Source of the DNA: Dudresnaya verticillata
Lineage: Eukaryota
Reading direction: 5' to 3'
NCBI GenBank assembly: GCA_977862235.1
Contig: OZ374557.1
Coordinates: 1,178,001-1,242,000, forward strand
DNA: 64,000 bases
The notes under the pieces are model-generated. The model was given only the letters and a program-made list of their open reading frames with translations, was not told the DNA's origin and ran no database searches. A program made the translations under genes and the position numbers. Position 1 is the stretch's first letter; each line of letters opens with the position of its first letter. Below, in pieces: positions 12,741 through 26,020 of this stretch.

Positions 12741-13981
12741 GTCGATGCGTTTCCAACAGCTGAGCGTCCGGCCGGGCGGCTGCGTGCGGGCTAGGCTCGC
12801 TTTTCGGGCGGTGGGGCTTCGGCTCCCCACCCCCACGATGGGTGCCATTGTACTCGACGCGCACCAAACCGGGTGGCCCTTATCACTGGCGCCGATGCCA
12901 AAACAGGGGGCTTGCCTGCGCGTACAGCGCCGTGTCGACCCGGAACACTGGCACAGGTGCCTCCAGCAGTGGGCGTCGCGGCGATTTGAGCGCTGGGGGT
13001 GGTCGCATCGATGCGGCCCCCCTGACGTAACTTAGCGCGTGGAGGCGTCTGCTGAGGGGCCTAGCTTGCCTGCTGGCCCCGCCTTAGTGCCAAACCCGTC
13101 GACGGGTTGGGTGGGACGCTAGTCCCATGGCTTGGTGCCAAGCTGCTACCGCGCTCAGGGCTTTGGCCTGGTGAGCGCGTAGGGTGGCGGTTTCCCCAGC
13201 CAGCTCCGTGCCAGGGGCGTCGATGCCCCTAGATAATTGGGCAGAGGCGCAGGCGTTTCTAATCCCATTTGGGCGATCCCAACTATTTGTGTTTTGGTTA
13301 CAGTAGACACTGTAGCCTGAACAAAAACCCTGGCCTCTGCGCTTTTGGGACGCACGCGTCCCAAATGTGAGTGATCGCGCGCCCGTGGGCCTGTATTTGG
13401 CAGGGGCCGGGCGTCTGCTGCGGTTCCCTCTGCCTTCCCATCATTGAGGAGGTTGTGCCGCTCATGCGTCGAAGCACTGCGGTGCAACCCGAAGGACGCC
13501 AGCTTTCTTGGCTCTGGCGCCCCACATCGACGTGGGGGCTGTGTAAGTTGGCGCCCCGCCCGGCTAGACGCCAGGGCGGTGGTTGTTGTTCGCCGATTGC
13601 GCGCGACTGCGGCACGGCGGTGGTGAAGGGGGCGTCGACGCCGGCCCTTCGCCATCTGCGTGCAGCTGCCACTTGCCGTCGACGTCAGTGGCGCTCAGGC
13701 TTGGCTGGCTTAGCGGCTCTCTAGCCGTCTTGCGTCAAGCTCCGACGCTCGTTTCGCGTGCGCATTTGGCGGGGACGCCCTGCCCGAGTCGACGCGGCGT
13801 GCGCATGCCCTGGTTTTGCCTGGGATTCTGCCTTGTGGCGTTGAGGCTGGCGCAGACGTTGAGGCGGGGCGCCACCGCCCATCGCCCTTGCGTTCACTCT
13901 TCGTTTCGGCGTTAGTGAGACAACTCGCGTCGAGGGGGTTGTCTTTTGCGAAGCGGGACGTCGCCACTGCCGGGCGTCGAG
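12741..13981. repeat. Direct repeat copy 1 (~1.25 kb)
   Basis: Aligns with 15962-17200; left part diverged, right part nearly identical. Confidence 0.9.
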
Positions 13982-14183
13982 GGTGCATTGGTTAGGGGCG
14001 GCAGCCTGTGCCGCCTTCCTACCGCCGGACGCCATATTCTGGCTCACTCCGTTGGGGTTTCCATGCGACGTTTCTTACGTCGGCTCTTTTCAGGAGCTCC
14101 GGATGGTGTACAGGGCAGCCGATGCCCTCTTCCTAACCCCGGACGACGAGTAGGCCCCTCCCCTGCTCGTCTCACTTCCCGAT

Positions 14184-15869
14184 ATGCGCACGGTGCCCAT
14201 CGACGGGCCCGTAGATCGCACGCATCGTTTGGGTCATGCCGACTCTGCGCGCTGTCTCTTCGGCGTATGCTTCGGGGAGCGTGATTGGGACGTGTACAAG
14301 GCCTTGGGCGAAGGACGCCGGTCAAAGGGGTGCAAGTTGCACCCGGCGCTCGACGCGTCTTGGTTTCGGTCGGCGGAGTGGTATTCCCACCGCGACATGC
14401 TAGCGGGACTCACTGTCCCGTGGCCGACCGTCGACCGGTACTTTTTCTACGCGACGACTGGTCGCGTGGCTGCTCGTCTTGAGCTACTGGCTAGACTCTC
14501 GGATGAGTACGTCTTCGAGATAGGCCGCCTCTACTGCATCGAGCTCCTCGCTAAGGGGACAGGCTGCGTCTTCCACGACCGCCTGATTAATTTCCTCGCG
14601 ACCGGCTGGTCGAGCGAGAGGCCGTGTTTCCCGGACTTGCTACGTCCTTCGGATGGCAAGTCCTTTGGGTTCGGCGAGCTGCTCGGCGTAGTCCTCCGGG
14701 TTGCAGCTGCGACCGAGAATCACACGCGGAGGCGTCACTTCCTTTCACGCGTCGACGCGTTTGTGTGTGGATTCATGCCAGAGACAGGAGCTCTCTATAA
14801 TATTTCGCGCAACTGCGGCGCGCGGGACCGACGGGAGCGCGCCGAGAGCTCCGGATTTGCCTACATGGCCGACATGGCCCGGGCCGAGCGCGCCGGTGGT
14901 CTCCGTCGTGGCGTGGGTTCTAACCCCGGGAAGCAGCGGCCGTCATGGCAGCGGAGACTGAGTCGTACCTCCCGCCGTCCTCGAGGGCGTCTGCGCGTCG
15001 TGTTTCTGCCGCCGCTACGGCAGTTGCGGGACCGGTCGCTGTGGGGCCATCGACGGCCCATGCTCCTCCAGCCGCATTCGTCGAGGTATACCAGCCCCCA
15101 CCGGCCCCGTCTGGGTCGCCGCCAGTGGCCTATATCCCACCTCCGCAAGTGGTCGACACACTGGACGAGGCGGTAGGTGCGGCAGTTGGGCCGATCGGAC
15201 TATACGCAGCGCTGCCTCCTTGGCGTGCATCTGGCAAGGCGTGTCGATACGCACGCTCCTGCAGGCCCTGGCGTCGAGCGCAGTGGCGCTGCAGGAGGAC
15301 GTCAATGCCTCCAACGCTGTCGCGGTTCGATACTGCGACGCGCGGGACGGCTTTGCCCGCGAGGTGCAGAGGCTCCGCGGGGAATTCCAGCGCATGTCTC
15401 ATGCGCCGGCCCGCAAGAGGCTGCGTGAGGAGTATCAGCCGCCCTGGACGGGGTACGTGTCGATACAGCCTATGCAGTCGTACGCTCCGGGCCCCTCTGG
15501 CCGGTTGCCCCTTGCCAACGTGCCGGGCAACTGATCTACCCAGGTGCTCAGAGCGGCGCAGTCGTGTCGCCGATTGCTGCAGGCGTCGTGCCGCATGAAG
15601 CTATTCTCCCGCACGTGAGGGACCAGTCGATGGGCCCTTACCGCCCTGCAGCCCCCATAGGTGGGGCCTCAGTGGCGTATGGAGGCTCGGCGCCTCCGCT
15701 TCCCTCCGTGAGTGCCCCTCCGGCGCCGGTGGCACCCACTACTGTAGTTGAGGGCTACCTGCCTGCGGCGCCGGCGGCGGACTCTGCGTCCGCCTTCCCG
15801 GCGTGGGTCCTGGGGGCGAGGGCGCCCAGTAGTTCTGCCTTAGTGGCTTATGCTATAGAAGCACCCTAG
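14184..15869 (+). pseudogene. Antisense accessory ORF in the 3' region of element C (frameshifted)
   Basis: ORF pieces 14184-15176, 15220-15534 and 15564-15869; motif GLTVPWPTVDRYF shared with ORFs at 27363 and 41040. Confidence 0.6.
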
Positions 15870-15961
15870 TTAGAGGCGGTCGATCGCCTCGCTAGTTTTA
15901 AGACCGCCTCTGCGTGTCTGGTTCATTAAAGGGCAAGGGATGGGCAAATACTTCGGTCTGC

Positions 15962-17200
15962 ATCGACGCGTTTTCAACAGCTGCATCTTCGACCGCGTGG
16001 CTTCATGCGAGCTAGGTTCGTTTACCGGGTGGTGCGGCTTCCACGCCCCACTCCACTATGGGTGCCATTGCGCCCGACCCGCGTCCAAGCAGGGGACGGT
16101 CCTTCACGCGGGCGTCGATGCCATGCAAGGGACTTGCCTGCGCGCGCAGCATGGAGTCGACGTGGAGCGCTAGCGTAGGTGCCTCTAGTGTTGGCGTCGC
16201 GGCGCTCTGGGCGCCGAGGGTGATCTCATCGAAGTGGTACCCCGTGGCGTAGCTTGGCGCGTGGCGGCGTCTGCCGAACAGCTAAGCTTGCCCACGGGCA
16301 CCGCCTTGGTTCCAAACCCGTCGACGGGTTGGGTGGGACGCTAGCCCCATGGCTTGGTGCCGCGGGCTCAGGGCTTATGTACCTGCCCTTTGATCGCGTG
16401 GGGCGGCGGTTGCCCTGCCAACCCCGTGCCAGGGGCCTCGATGCCCCTAGATAATTGGGCAGAGGCTCAGGGTTGTCTAATCATCATTGGGCGATCCCAA
16501 TCATTTGTGTTTTTGGATACAGTAGACACTGTAGCAAGAACAAGAACCCGCACCTCTGTGCTTTTGGGGCCCACGCGTCTCAAATGTGAGTGAGCGCGCG
16601 CCCGCGGGCCTGTATTTGGCAGGGGCCGGGCGTCTGCTGCGGTTCCCTCTGCCTTCCCATCATCGAGGAGGTTGTGCCGCTCACGCGTCGAAGCACTGCG
16701 GTGCAACCCGAAGGACGCCAGCCTTCTTGGCTCTGGCGCCCCACATCGACGTGGGGCTGTGTAAGTTGGCGCCCCGCCCGGCTAGACGCCAGGGCAGTGG
16801 TTGTTGGCCGCCGATTGCGCGCGACTGCGGCGCGGCGGTGGTGAAGGGGGCGTCGACGCCGGCCCTTCGCCATCTGCGTGCAGCTGCCACTTGCCGTCGA
16901 CGTCAGTGGCGCTCAGGCTTGGCTGGCTTAGCGGCTCTTTAGCCGTGTCGCGTCAAGCTTCGACGCTCGTTTCGCGTGTGTATTTGGCGGGGACGCCCTG
17001 CCCGAGTCGACGCGGCGTGCGCATGCCCTTGTTTTGCCTGGGCTTCTGCTGCGTAGCGTTGGGGCTTGCGCAGGCATTTAGGCGGGGCGCCGCTGCCCAT
17101 CGCCCTTGCGTTCACTCTTCGCGTCGGCGTTTGTCAGCCAACACGCGTCTACAGGGGTTGTCTTATGGGTAGCGGGACGTCTCCATTGCCGGGCGTCGAG
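15962..17200. repeat. Direct repeat copy 2 (~1.25 kb)
   Basis: Aligns with 12741-13981. Confidence 0.9.
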
Positions 17201-17237
17201 CCGGTAGTGGTTAAACGCGCAGCCCCCAGCGTTCTTG

Positions 17238-19000
17238 CTATGCGCAGTCCGCGAAGCACCCCTGCTCCTTGGCCTCTGCCATCGGCGTGGGGTGATTCTC
17301 CCAAGTCGGCTCGGGCTCTTGGCTTTGGCAGCCGCAATTCGTGCCCGTGCCGTGGAGCTTAAGCCCCACGTGTTCTCGTCGATGGGAAAAGGCAAAGGCT
17401 GCCTGGAGAAAGGCAATGAAAGGAAAAGAATGCCTGGGACCCCCTCCTGAAGCACGAGGCGTCCCCGCCGAGCATGTGGGTGGAGGTGATGCGGCGTCTA
17501 GGCGAGAGGCCTTCTTGCGCCTCTGCGCGCGGAAGTATTGGCTGATCACCTCCTCCGGGAGATGGCATCGAGGTTCCCATGTAGGCTTAGTGTAGGCAGT
17601 CCACTTAATATGGAAGAGGAGTGTGCCGTCGTCGGCCGTCCCATGGTCCAAGACCTTGTCCACCATAAACCGCGGGCCGTTGACGACCTTTGACGCGGGA
17701 TATTCAGCGGTGGGCGAGTACGCGCTTCGACGCGAGTGGTCTTGCCGCCGAGGCGGGGGCAGAAGACGGCTCGGTCCGCTGAGATGCCTTCGACCAGGCC
17801 GTCTCTGTCGATGAAGAGCGTGCGCTCGTCGTTGAGAAGCACGCGGTAAGGCCCGATAGCCGGGCTCTGCAACTTCTTTGGTTCCTTCACCTCGTCAGTT
17901 GCGTCGGTGAAGACATATTCTCCACCCTTGATGCGGGAGTTGGCCTTCTGGACCCGTCGGTCAAAGTTCTTTTTGTAACACCTCTGCGTTTTGGCCAAGG
18001 CTGCCGAAGCCTGGCCCATGGCGGTGTCTAACCGCTTGAGGAAGTCCGTTCGGATATCCTCACTAGGTTTCGGGCGGTCTACCGCCGAGTGAAACTTAGT
18101 AGATTCCGGCGGAGGCCACGACACCACTGAGCTAAATGGTGTCGTCCGCGTAGAGCGGTACACGTGACAGTTCTACGAATACGTCAACGCAGAGGCGTAT
18201 CGATCCCAATCGTTTTGGTGATCGTTGAGATAGTTCCATCACATGGCCATGACGATCCGGTTGTAGCGTTCAGCCTGCCCATTCGACTGGGGGTGATACG
18301 CGGAGGTGGACACGTTGTTCAAACCCAAATACCGGCAGACGGCTTGGGAGAACTTCGATGTGAACTGCTTTCCGTTGTCGGAAAGCAAGGACCTAGGGGG
18401 CCCGTAGTGGAAGACCCACTGTTCACAGAAGACAACTGCGACGTTGTAAGTCGTAATAGTGCGCAGAGGTGCGACTTGAGTCATCTTATTAAGGCAGTCC
18501 GTCATGAAGACGAAGAATTTGCGACCAGACTTGGTCTTGGGCAAGGGGCCCAGTATGTCGATAGCGACGGACTCCAGTGGCCTGGTGGCGGGGAACAGCT
18601 TCAGCCTATGAAGGTGTCTTCGCAGTCGAATGCGGTTACGGGCACTGTTCCTGTAGTTTCTTACTGTCATGGCGATGCTGGCCGCCATATGCGGCCAGTA
18701 GTAGGTCTCTTGCAGGGTGTAGAACATCTTGTTCTGCCCTGGGTGGTCCGCGAGGAGGGAGTGGTGCGCGAGCGTGAGCAGTCGAGGCTGTAACGACTCG
18801 GGCACCACTATCTGCTCTAGCGAAGCTATGATCAGATGATTGCGGCATAGAAGCCCATCCCCGTCCTCGTAGAAATGGCTATCCCGTCGACGGGACTGCC
18901 TTGCCAGTACTGTCTGGCAGAAAGAGTCGTGCCGCTGCGCGTCCACAAATTCCTCGACGGAAATAGGTGAAGGGAACTTCACTGGCTCCACGGACGTCAA
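17238..19000 (-). pseudogene. Integrase plus chromodomain of element C
   Basis: VAIDILGPLPKT, LSDNGKQF, NGQAERYNR, IGPYRV; chromodomain VDKVLDH...FHIKWTAYTKPTWEP; stops and frameshifts present. Confidence 0.92.
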
Positions 19001-19039
19001 GTCCGACGGCTCGTCTCCCGCGTTGATGCGGAGGAGATC

Positions 19040-20389
19040 GAAGAGGTCTAGATATATCAGGCAACACTGCCATCGGACTCCGCTGAGGATGATGTCCAGT
19101 GCGCGCTGGAAAGTCGCGGGGCGTCCTTAACCCCTGCACGAAGCATGTTATCGACCTCTTCCTGTACCAGTTTGCGCATGTCAGGGCCCTTTCGATAGTC
19201 GATAGGGCATGTAGCGTATGGGGCGAGTGCCCCATTCCACCTCGATGTGGTGTCGGATGGCGGCAATAGTGCCCAGCCTCCCGTCCCACATGGACTGATG
19301 TTTCCTTAGCATGGAGAGGACCGCCTTGCGGGTGACCTCGTCGTTGATAGACGAGAGATCTACCTGCGCCTCCCAGTCCTCGACGAATGGGTTGGCCTCC
19401 GCTTCGCCGGTAGCTGCGCCTTGCAGCGGGTGGGCGGCGACGCCCTTCGCCGTTGACGGCGGGGTGGATGGTTCGACGCCATCCTTGTTGACCGGGGGCC
19501 TCTGCCCCCGTGGTGGGAGGGTGGTGATATTCATCACCCGTCCGAACGCCTCCGCGACTTTGCGGTCTGGCGGTATCAGCGCCGGGTTCCTAACATCTTA
19601 GCCGACAACGGTACCCTTAGGCAGGGTTCGAGGTTTGTCGGTGAAGTTCCCGACGATGACCCAGAAGGGTCGTATCGACTCGACATCGTGCACCCCTTTG
19701 GCCAGTCTCACGCAGTGGTGGAATCGCAACGAGGGTTTAGGTTCGATGTGGATCAGCCCACTTGCTCCCGACGTCACGGAGACGAACCTTTGGGAATAGG
19801 CTCGGAGCACTACCTGCCTAGAGAGGCGAATGGTGTGGGTGTCGTGATCCCAGTCGAGGAGCTCCCTCTGGTGCCTCCTCGACAAACCCGTCGACGGGTT
19901 CTTCGGCTTCGATGCCTGGTTACTTTCCTCTGCAGGTCAACTGCGCTTGAGGAGGGGCACTGAGCCCCCGCACCGGAGCGACAGGCGTTTCGAATCGATA
20001 TCGATGCCTCCCACGTGCGCTTTGAGGAACTGTGTTCCCACCAGGACGTCTGCGGCCAAGTTGTCAGCCACTATTAATGGCACGCGGAACGTCGCATTCC
20101 CCAACCTCATCGAGCGGTGCGCCACCCCTGATAGGCTCAGTGGGGTCTTATCAGCCCCGGCGAGGCGAGGAGTCGACTCCATCGCCGCCTCATGCTGATC
20201 CCATCCGAGTGGCAGCGCCCACTTCGCGATAAGGTTGTACCCGGAGCCGGTGTCCACCGCAATGGTGTGGGGTATCATTACCCCTGGGTCAGCGCCTAGC
20301 CACCCAGACACTCGGTACATCTCCGAGGAAAATAGGCACACATACCCGTCTGGGGTAGTGGCCGGCTCCGCGTCGACGCCGTGAGCCAT
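19040..20389 (-). pseudogene. Protease and RT remnants of element C
   Basis: IAVDTGSGYNLI; WDGRLGTIAAIRHHIEV; short TFQRALDIILSGVRWQCCLIYLD island between two deletions. Confidence 0.88.
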
Positions 20390-20699
20390 GGCACCTTCGC
20401 GTCGAGCAGAGGGTGCCTCGGGTTCCGTCGATGGACACCTACGTGCCCGGCGACGTGCCTGTCACTTGCGTCGACTCCGTGGGGGCCAAGGTGGCCTGGA
20501 GCGCGTGGCCTTCGACGGCTCTTCGAGTAGGGGGCCCTCACCGTTGCTTGGTGAGGAGGTCCTCCGTTGGTCTGGACTCGACGTCCCACCTGCCGTCGAC
20601 GGCTTTGCGCAGGGTGGTGGATCTGGGTAGAGAGAGACGGTGCGCGCGACCGCATGAACGGCGCCTCCTCTACTCTCTTTCCGGTTCGACTCGGTCAAA

Positions 20700-23151
20700 A
20701 ATATTTTCGGAATCCGAGCTATCTTCCTCGGATCCCATTGGCTGGCTAGACGCCCGGCCTGTGCCTCACGTCGATCGCAGCAGCGTGTCAAAAAGGAGCT
20801 CGCTGCTTGCCCTGCTCCCGGGCGGACTCGCCCTTGCTAAGCACGCCGAGCGCTCGCGGGAGCCACTCGTCGGCTGCTAGCCCGGTGTGCTCCTGCACGT
20901 TCATCACTGCACGGAGCAGTTCGCGCTGCGGGTTGGGCCTCGAGGTCGTCGACCCCCGAGGTTGGCGAACGGCTTGGTCGTCAAACCCGACCCGCTTGTC
21001 GCGAGTGAGGAACCGCGGGACGTCTGCCCTTCGATACTCGCTGCGCGGAGCTCCACGATCCCCGCGGTACCTTTGCGGCTCCCCGCGATACCTTTGTGCG
21101 TCAAAGCGCTACGGGGGACCTCTCGCGTCGAACCGTCGGTCCCCAACCGCCGGCGCGTCGAAGCGTCTTGCGGTGTAACTTGCCTTGGCGCCTGCCGGCT
21201 TGCGCTCGTTGATGAGCTGCTGCAAGTTTTTGCGCGCTTGCGGCAGCGTCTCCGGTCTATGGTTGCAGTTCGCATACGAGCAGTACAACTGCTGTTACTT
21301 AGTCAGGAATGGGCACGCGTACATTATGTGCCCGAGTGCTCGGCAGAGCCAGCAGATATACCACCCCTGTCGATCAGGGTGACAGAGCGGGCCATTGCCT
21401 TTTGCGCCGGTGTGAGGAGGGATCCTCCTCGGCAGGACTGCGTCGATGCGTCCTGATATGTCGAGGGTCTCCTCGGCTTGCGCCGCCCCGGCTGTTGACA
21501 GCGCGGACACGATCATGACGGATTCGAAACCATCATCATCGGGCGCCACCAATATCGTGCCGTCGAAGGCCGAATCCCTATCGGGGGTGTGTGGCGCCTT
21601 GATAAGCAGCGTACGGCCGCTTGCCGAGCACTTCCCCCTACCGCGCCTCGAATCGATAGCCGGCATCGATGCCTTGGCCATGCGTGCGCGGTAGGTTGTG
21701 CCCTCACTCTTGGCGATCTGACGAATGGTACTGAAGTTGGTCTGCTCCACCATTGGCATCTGCCTTACCTTCTCCGTCACTGCGGGTCGGGTGGTTGGAA
21801 GTAGACCACGCAGGAACTGGTGCGTCAGGTTCTCGTCTGAGCAGACGCCGGCACAGTCATCTGCGTAGCCCTCTCGACGAGAGGCGAACTCGAGTTCTGG
21901 CACGGCGTCCCGCTGCCGGGCGGTGACCAGTCGGTCGTGCGCGTCGGCGATCACGTCGTCGGTGACGAACCTCTCGACGATGCTATTGACCACCGAGGCG
22001 CAGCACGGGGGATTCCACGACTAGTCGTCCGGACCCCCGAGAAAAGGTGACTCGAATACACCTGGGGTGCCGTTCCGTCTAGGAACCAGGACACCACTCG
22101 CGCCGCTGCGCCTTCCGACAGGCCGACGCCGTTGAAGGATTAGCGTAGCTTTCTAAGCACGCCGAGCAAGCGGATAGGCTCCTTGCCGTCGTAGCGATCT
22201 AGCCGCAGCATGAGAGCCTTCATCCTGCTGATAATCTTGGCGGTGTTGCCATTGTAGACTTGCTACTGACTGCCTCGCTGCCCTATGTAGTCTAGACGAT
22301 AGGAGCGGTAATCAAACCCCTTTGCGAATTCGGGGACCAAGGTTCTCAGAAGCTCGACGCCCAGCATCAATGGTCCCCAGTGTCAGTAGGCCGACATGGG
22401 ATCCTCGTGTGGTGAGGGGCTAGACGCCCCTCCTTCTCCGTGCCCGTCGAGGACGCGTTGCAGTAGCTTGTTTGCGACGCCGTAGAAGGGGTTGTCATCT
22501 CTTGTAGGACGAGGGGACCCTTGTCCAATCCTAGGCGGAGAGGCCGATGGCGAAAAGGGAGTTCGCTGAGCACGACGCTCAGCGAGGAGGGCTTTGGTCA
22601 GCTCGCGACCCGGATCCGCTTGAGACGGCGATCGCGGAGGACGGTTCCGCACCGGCGACGGGCTAGGCACCCGCTGGTCCTACCGCGCCGGCGCATGCTC
22701 AATCAACTCGATGCGTTGGCTTAGCTCGTCGAGGAGCCCTTGAGTTCGGGTTAATCCTTCCTCGACGGAGGCGAGAGTTCCGCGTCGAAGCGACGCCAGG
22801 TCACGCGGACCTTGTGCCCGCGCTTCTGCGACTGAGGCCATGAATGTGGTATACACTTCCGAGAGTGATTCCATGGTCCCCTCGTAGAGTAACTGGAGGT
22901 CGGTCGCAGAGATCGTTGTCCCTCCTAGGGTCTTGGCTATAGCCGCCCTGCGCTCGATGTGCGGTTCCTCTAAGGGCACTCCTGAGAGGCCGACGTTACT
23001 CAGCAGGGAAGTGCGTCGACCGCCAACTTCACCTGCCGCGCGTCTGTCGAACCTGCACCGGCTGAAGTAGGTAGCGGTGGCATTCCTGGCCTCGATCGCG
23101 TCGACGCGAGAGGTGATAGGGTCTTCTGCGACTTCCAGGTCGGGAGACCAG
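20700..23151 (-). pseudogene. Gag of element C (fragmented)
   Basis: CWLCRALGHIMYAC zinc knuckle; FLRGL capsid-like motif. Confidence 0.8.
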
Positions 23152-24042
23152 TGTGGCATAGACGTCAGGTCGAACTAACGTCTAGCGCGGCTGGTCTCGT
23201 CTTCGCACCCAGACCCGTCGAAGGGAGGTAGCGGTAGGTGGTAGAGCGGTGGTGTCGGCCGCGTGCGCCGTCGACGGTCGCCGATCAACGGCGTCGAAGC
23301 CTGAGCGCGCACGGGGCGGACCGTGTGCAGGCGGCAGCGGCCGGATTCCTGCGTCCCCGTCGTGGGACGGCACGAAGCCGACGGTGGGAAAAGTAAAATG
23401 AAAGCCTAGGCGGCGAGGGAAAGAGGGAAGCCGTAGGGCGAAAGACTGGGAAAGAAACCCAAAGCAGAAAGGGGCAAGCCTGGCGTAGGATGGCTTGCCT
23501 TTGTTTACTCAAGCACGGAGGGGCGACTACTAAATAGACTACAGGGCCTGCGGCGGCACCAACCCGGGATGTGCGCCGGCGCGCCCCGATACGCGTCGAC
23601 GCGTACGGGTAACGGTAACCCGGGGGTGCGCGTGGGCGAAACGGTCCACACGTACTCAACGGCTCGACGCCGGAGTACGCGCGCGCGTGTCACGAACTCA
23701 ACGGCTCTACGCCGGAGAGCGTGCGCACGGCGCGCGGGAGGGCAGGGCGTTCGACCGCCGCTTACACTAGACAGTGCTGTACACTACACAAAAATAAACG
23801 TACAAGTTACACGGGAGTGTCAGTGTCACACGCGTACACGCGTACGCGCGGGCACCACAGCACACTTCCTTACAGTTCAACGGGGCTTCGACGCCACCGG
23901 CTGACAGCGTGCACACAGCGGTGCACACGTGGCGCAGCTGGTCTTACAGCTGCGCTAGTACCTCTTTGCTTTACAGTATATCCGCGATAATTGCATATTG
24001 ACGGTTGCAGGGAAGCCCATTCAATAGGCGGTCTATGCAACT
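23152..24042 (-). repeat. 5' LTR of element C
   Basis: Ends ...GACGTCTATGCCACA before the PBS; similar to solo LTR 5954-6725; outer end near 24042 is inferred from a degenerate inverted terminus. Confidence 0.75.
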
Positions 24043-24050
24043 ATCGGAAC

Positions 24051-25450
24051 TGTAAGGTGCATTGTTGCATCAATCAAAAGGACGTGTACTCATAGTGTGC
24101 GAGACACGGGGTCTACTGTATAGAATGATCATTCGGGAAGACGGTCGAGGGGATGAGCGCGGTGGGCAGCCGGTTAAGTATCCCGCAGGAACCGGTCACG
24201 TCGTATGGACGGCCGTCGGCTATCGTCTAGGGTTACAGTACCTAATTACAGTGTCTTACATTTCCCCTTCTGATTCGGAGAGAAGCCTTTCCCGCCATTT
24301 CCTCCTTGCTTCGAAACATGCATAGGAGGCCTCTGAAAAAGAGGGGCGGTGTCCACATTGGGTGGAAGCGGGCGGCTTGAGGCAATGTGCTGACGTCGGA
24401 AAAATAGCAATGTGCTAAATCGGGAAATATCGTCCAAATTTCGGGCGGGAGGCTTGACCCAATAAATCAGACCGAAATTCAGGGATTCTCGAAGAATCAA
24501 ATTTGTATGAATAGGCCCACAATGATTCGTCGGAAGCGCCATACCGGGAGCTGAGCCGAGCATTAATTTCCCGGGGTATATAAGCGCTACTGGGTGTGCC
24601 CTGCTACCCCCACTCTGCTCTGGTCACGAGCTGACCTGGCCACGCAGCACCACAGGATGTCCTGGTTCGCTTGTGGACTCGTTTTTACTCAAATGTTAGC
24701 TTGCTACCACTCCTTCTCGCCGATTGACTGACCCACGTAGCGGGAATCAAGAAACCTATATTGTGCCGGTCCGAAGCTTCGCGCTCAACTTTGGGGGGAA
24801 ACCTCAAAGGGAGAGGTCGCGTTACTTTACGACATCGAAGCGTCGTGTAAAGGCCTGGTAGCGGGTCCCAGTTGCAAGTTAGGGGGCTTCAAAACCATCT
24901 TAGACTCTTGGGTTGATTGCAACATCTTCTTCTTATTCATGGGTATTCGAAACGGTGCGATACTTGCGAATATGCCACAGATTTCTGACAGTTTCTTCCT
25001 TTTTTGCGAGCGGATCATCCGCCAGCGGAACGGTTGCGGTCCAATCCATAAGACGAGGCTTGCAGCATAAAAATGGACTTCTATTGGGGAAGCTGAGCCG
25101 CAGTTAGTTCTTCTTGTCAGCTCTTGCTCGCGGCTTGGGAACAGTTGCTGTTAGAATCCATACGGTGTTTCGATACTGGGAATCGTGAAGCATGAACACT
25201 CTTTTGCTTGGTGTTCCGCAGTGATTCTCGGATGTAGCGGCGGCTCGATTCTTGTTTGATTCAGCCTTGGTCATGTCATCTGCATGATTGCTATCACCGG
25301 GGATAAGGCATATTTAAGCGCTTCTTCAGTCGTGAATCGCCTCGCGGCATCGGGATCAAATCTCGAGGGATGGAAGGAACCATTTCATTCATGGGGATGT
25401 CCCAAAGGGTCTGGTTGTTGATGTACGCGACAATGGGTACCTCCTGCTTG
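24051..25450 (-). mobile_element. Decayed Ty1/Copia 3' end: RNase H remnant, 3' UTR, PPT and 210-bp LTR (24051-24260)
   Basis: TGTAAG...CTTACA termini; minus-strand PPT GAAGGGGAAA at 24261-24270; VPIVAYINNQTLWDI and LIPGDSNHADDMTK; 24570-25010 matches 53350-53800. Confidence 0.75.
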
Positions 25451-25551
25451 CAAGCTGGAAGTTTATAATTCGCAGGTTGTTCAGTCAGCGAGGTGCGGCG
25501 TCTAGTGCCATATTCTCGGACCCTTCCGTGGAGTGTTCTCCTCGTAGTGTA

Positions 25552-26020
25552 TGTGGTGTAGGGAGAAGCACACCCGTAAGGAGAGCTGATCAGGCAATCC
25601 CAATAAGTACTTTTCTCACCAAACCGGTGTGGTAGAGCCTAGTTTGTAGCCCGAAGAGAGTACCACGGGCGACAACACCTGTAAGGAGAAAAGGGAACCA
25701 ACGGGCAAGGGGCACGGTACAATGCCAGGGCACTTACCCCGAGACGGAGATAGAGGTATCCATGGACGGGACTAGCTCGGGGAAACCGTGAAGGAGTTCG
25801 AGGGTAAGTCTTAGGGTAAAGGACTTGGCCCAGGGTTGCTTGCCCGTTTACTGCAGGGTCCGCGTTGGTCACACATTAAATAGTGTGAGATATGCCCCGC
25901 GGCCCCGTCCGTGTGGGCCAGTCCCGGATAGGTCTGGTCCACTGGGTGGATCTGCCCCTGGTGGTTGCAGTCACCGCTGCGGACATGTTCGGAATTCTTG
26001 TTGGCCGGTATTACACTACT
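25552..26020 (-). repeat. Probable LTR remnant
   Basis: TGTGGTGTA terminus; reverse complement contains GTAAACGGGCAAGCAACCCTGG, resembling the R/U5 region of A/D LTRs; right end uncertain. Confidence 0.45.

Larger units (their letters stand above)
12741..24042 (-). mobile_element. Ty3/Gypsy chromodomain element C, internally deleted; 3' LTR not found
   Basis: 5' LTR from 23152, PBS 23137-23150, gag, PR, RT fragments, IN and chromodomain; both outer boundaries approximate. Confidence 0.85.

Noticed and set aside
12741..17200. Direct repeats as LTRs of a TRIM/LARD element
   Set aside because: No TG...CA termini, PBS, PPT or TSD found
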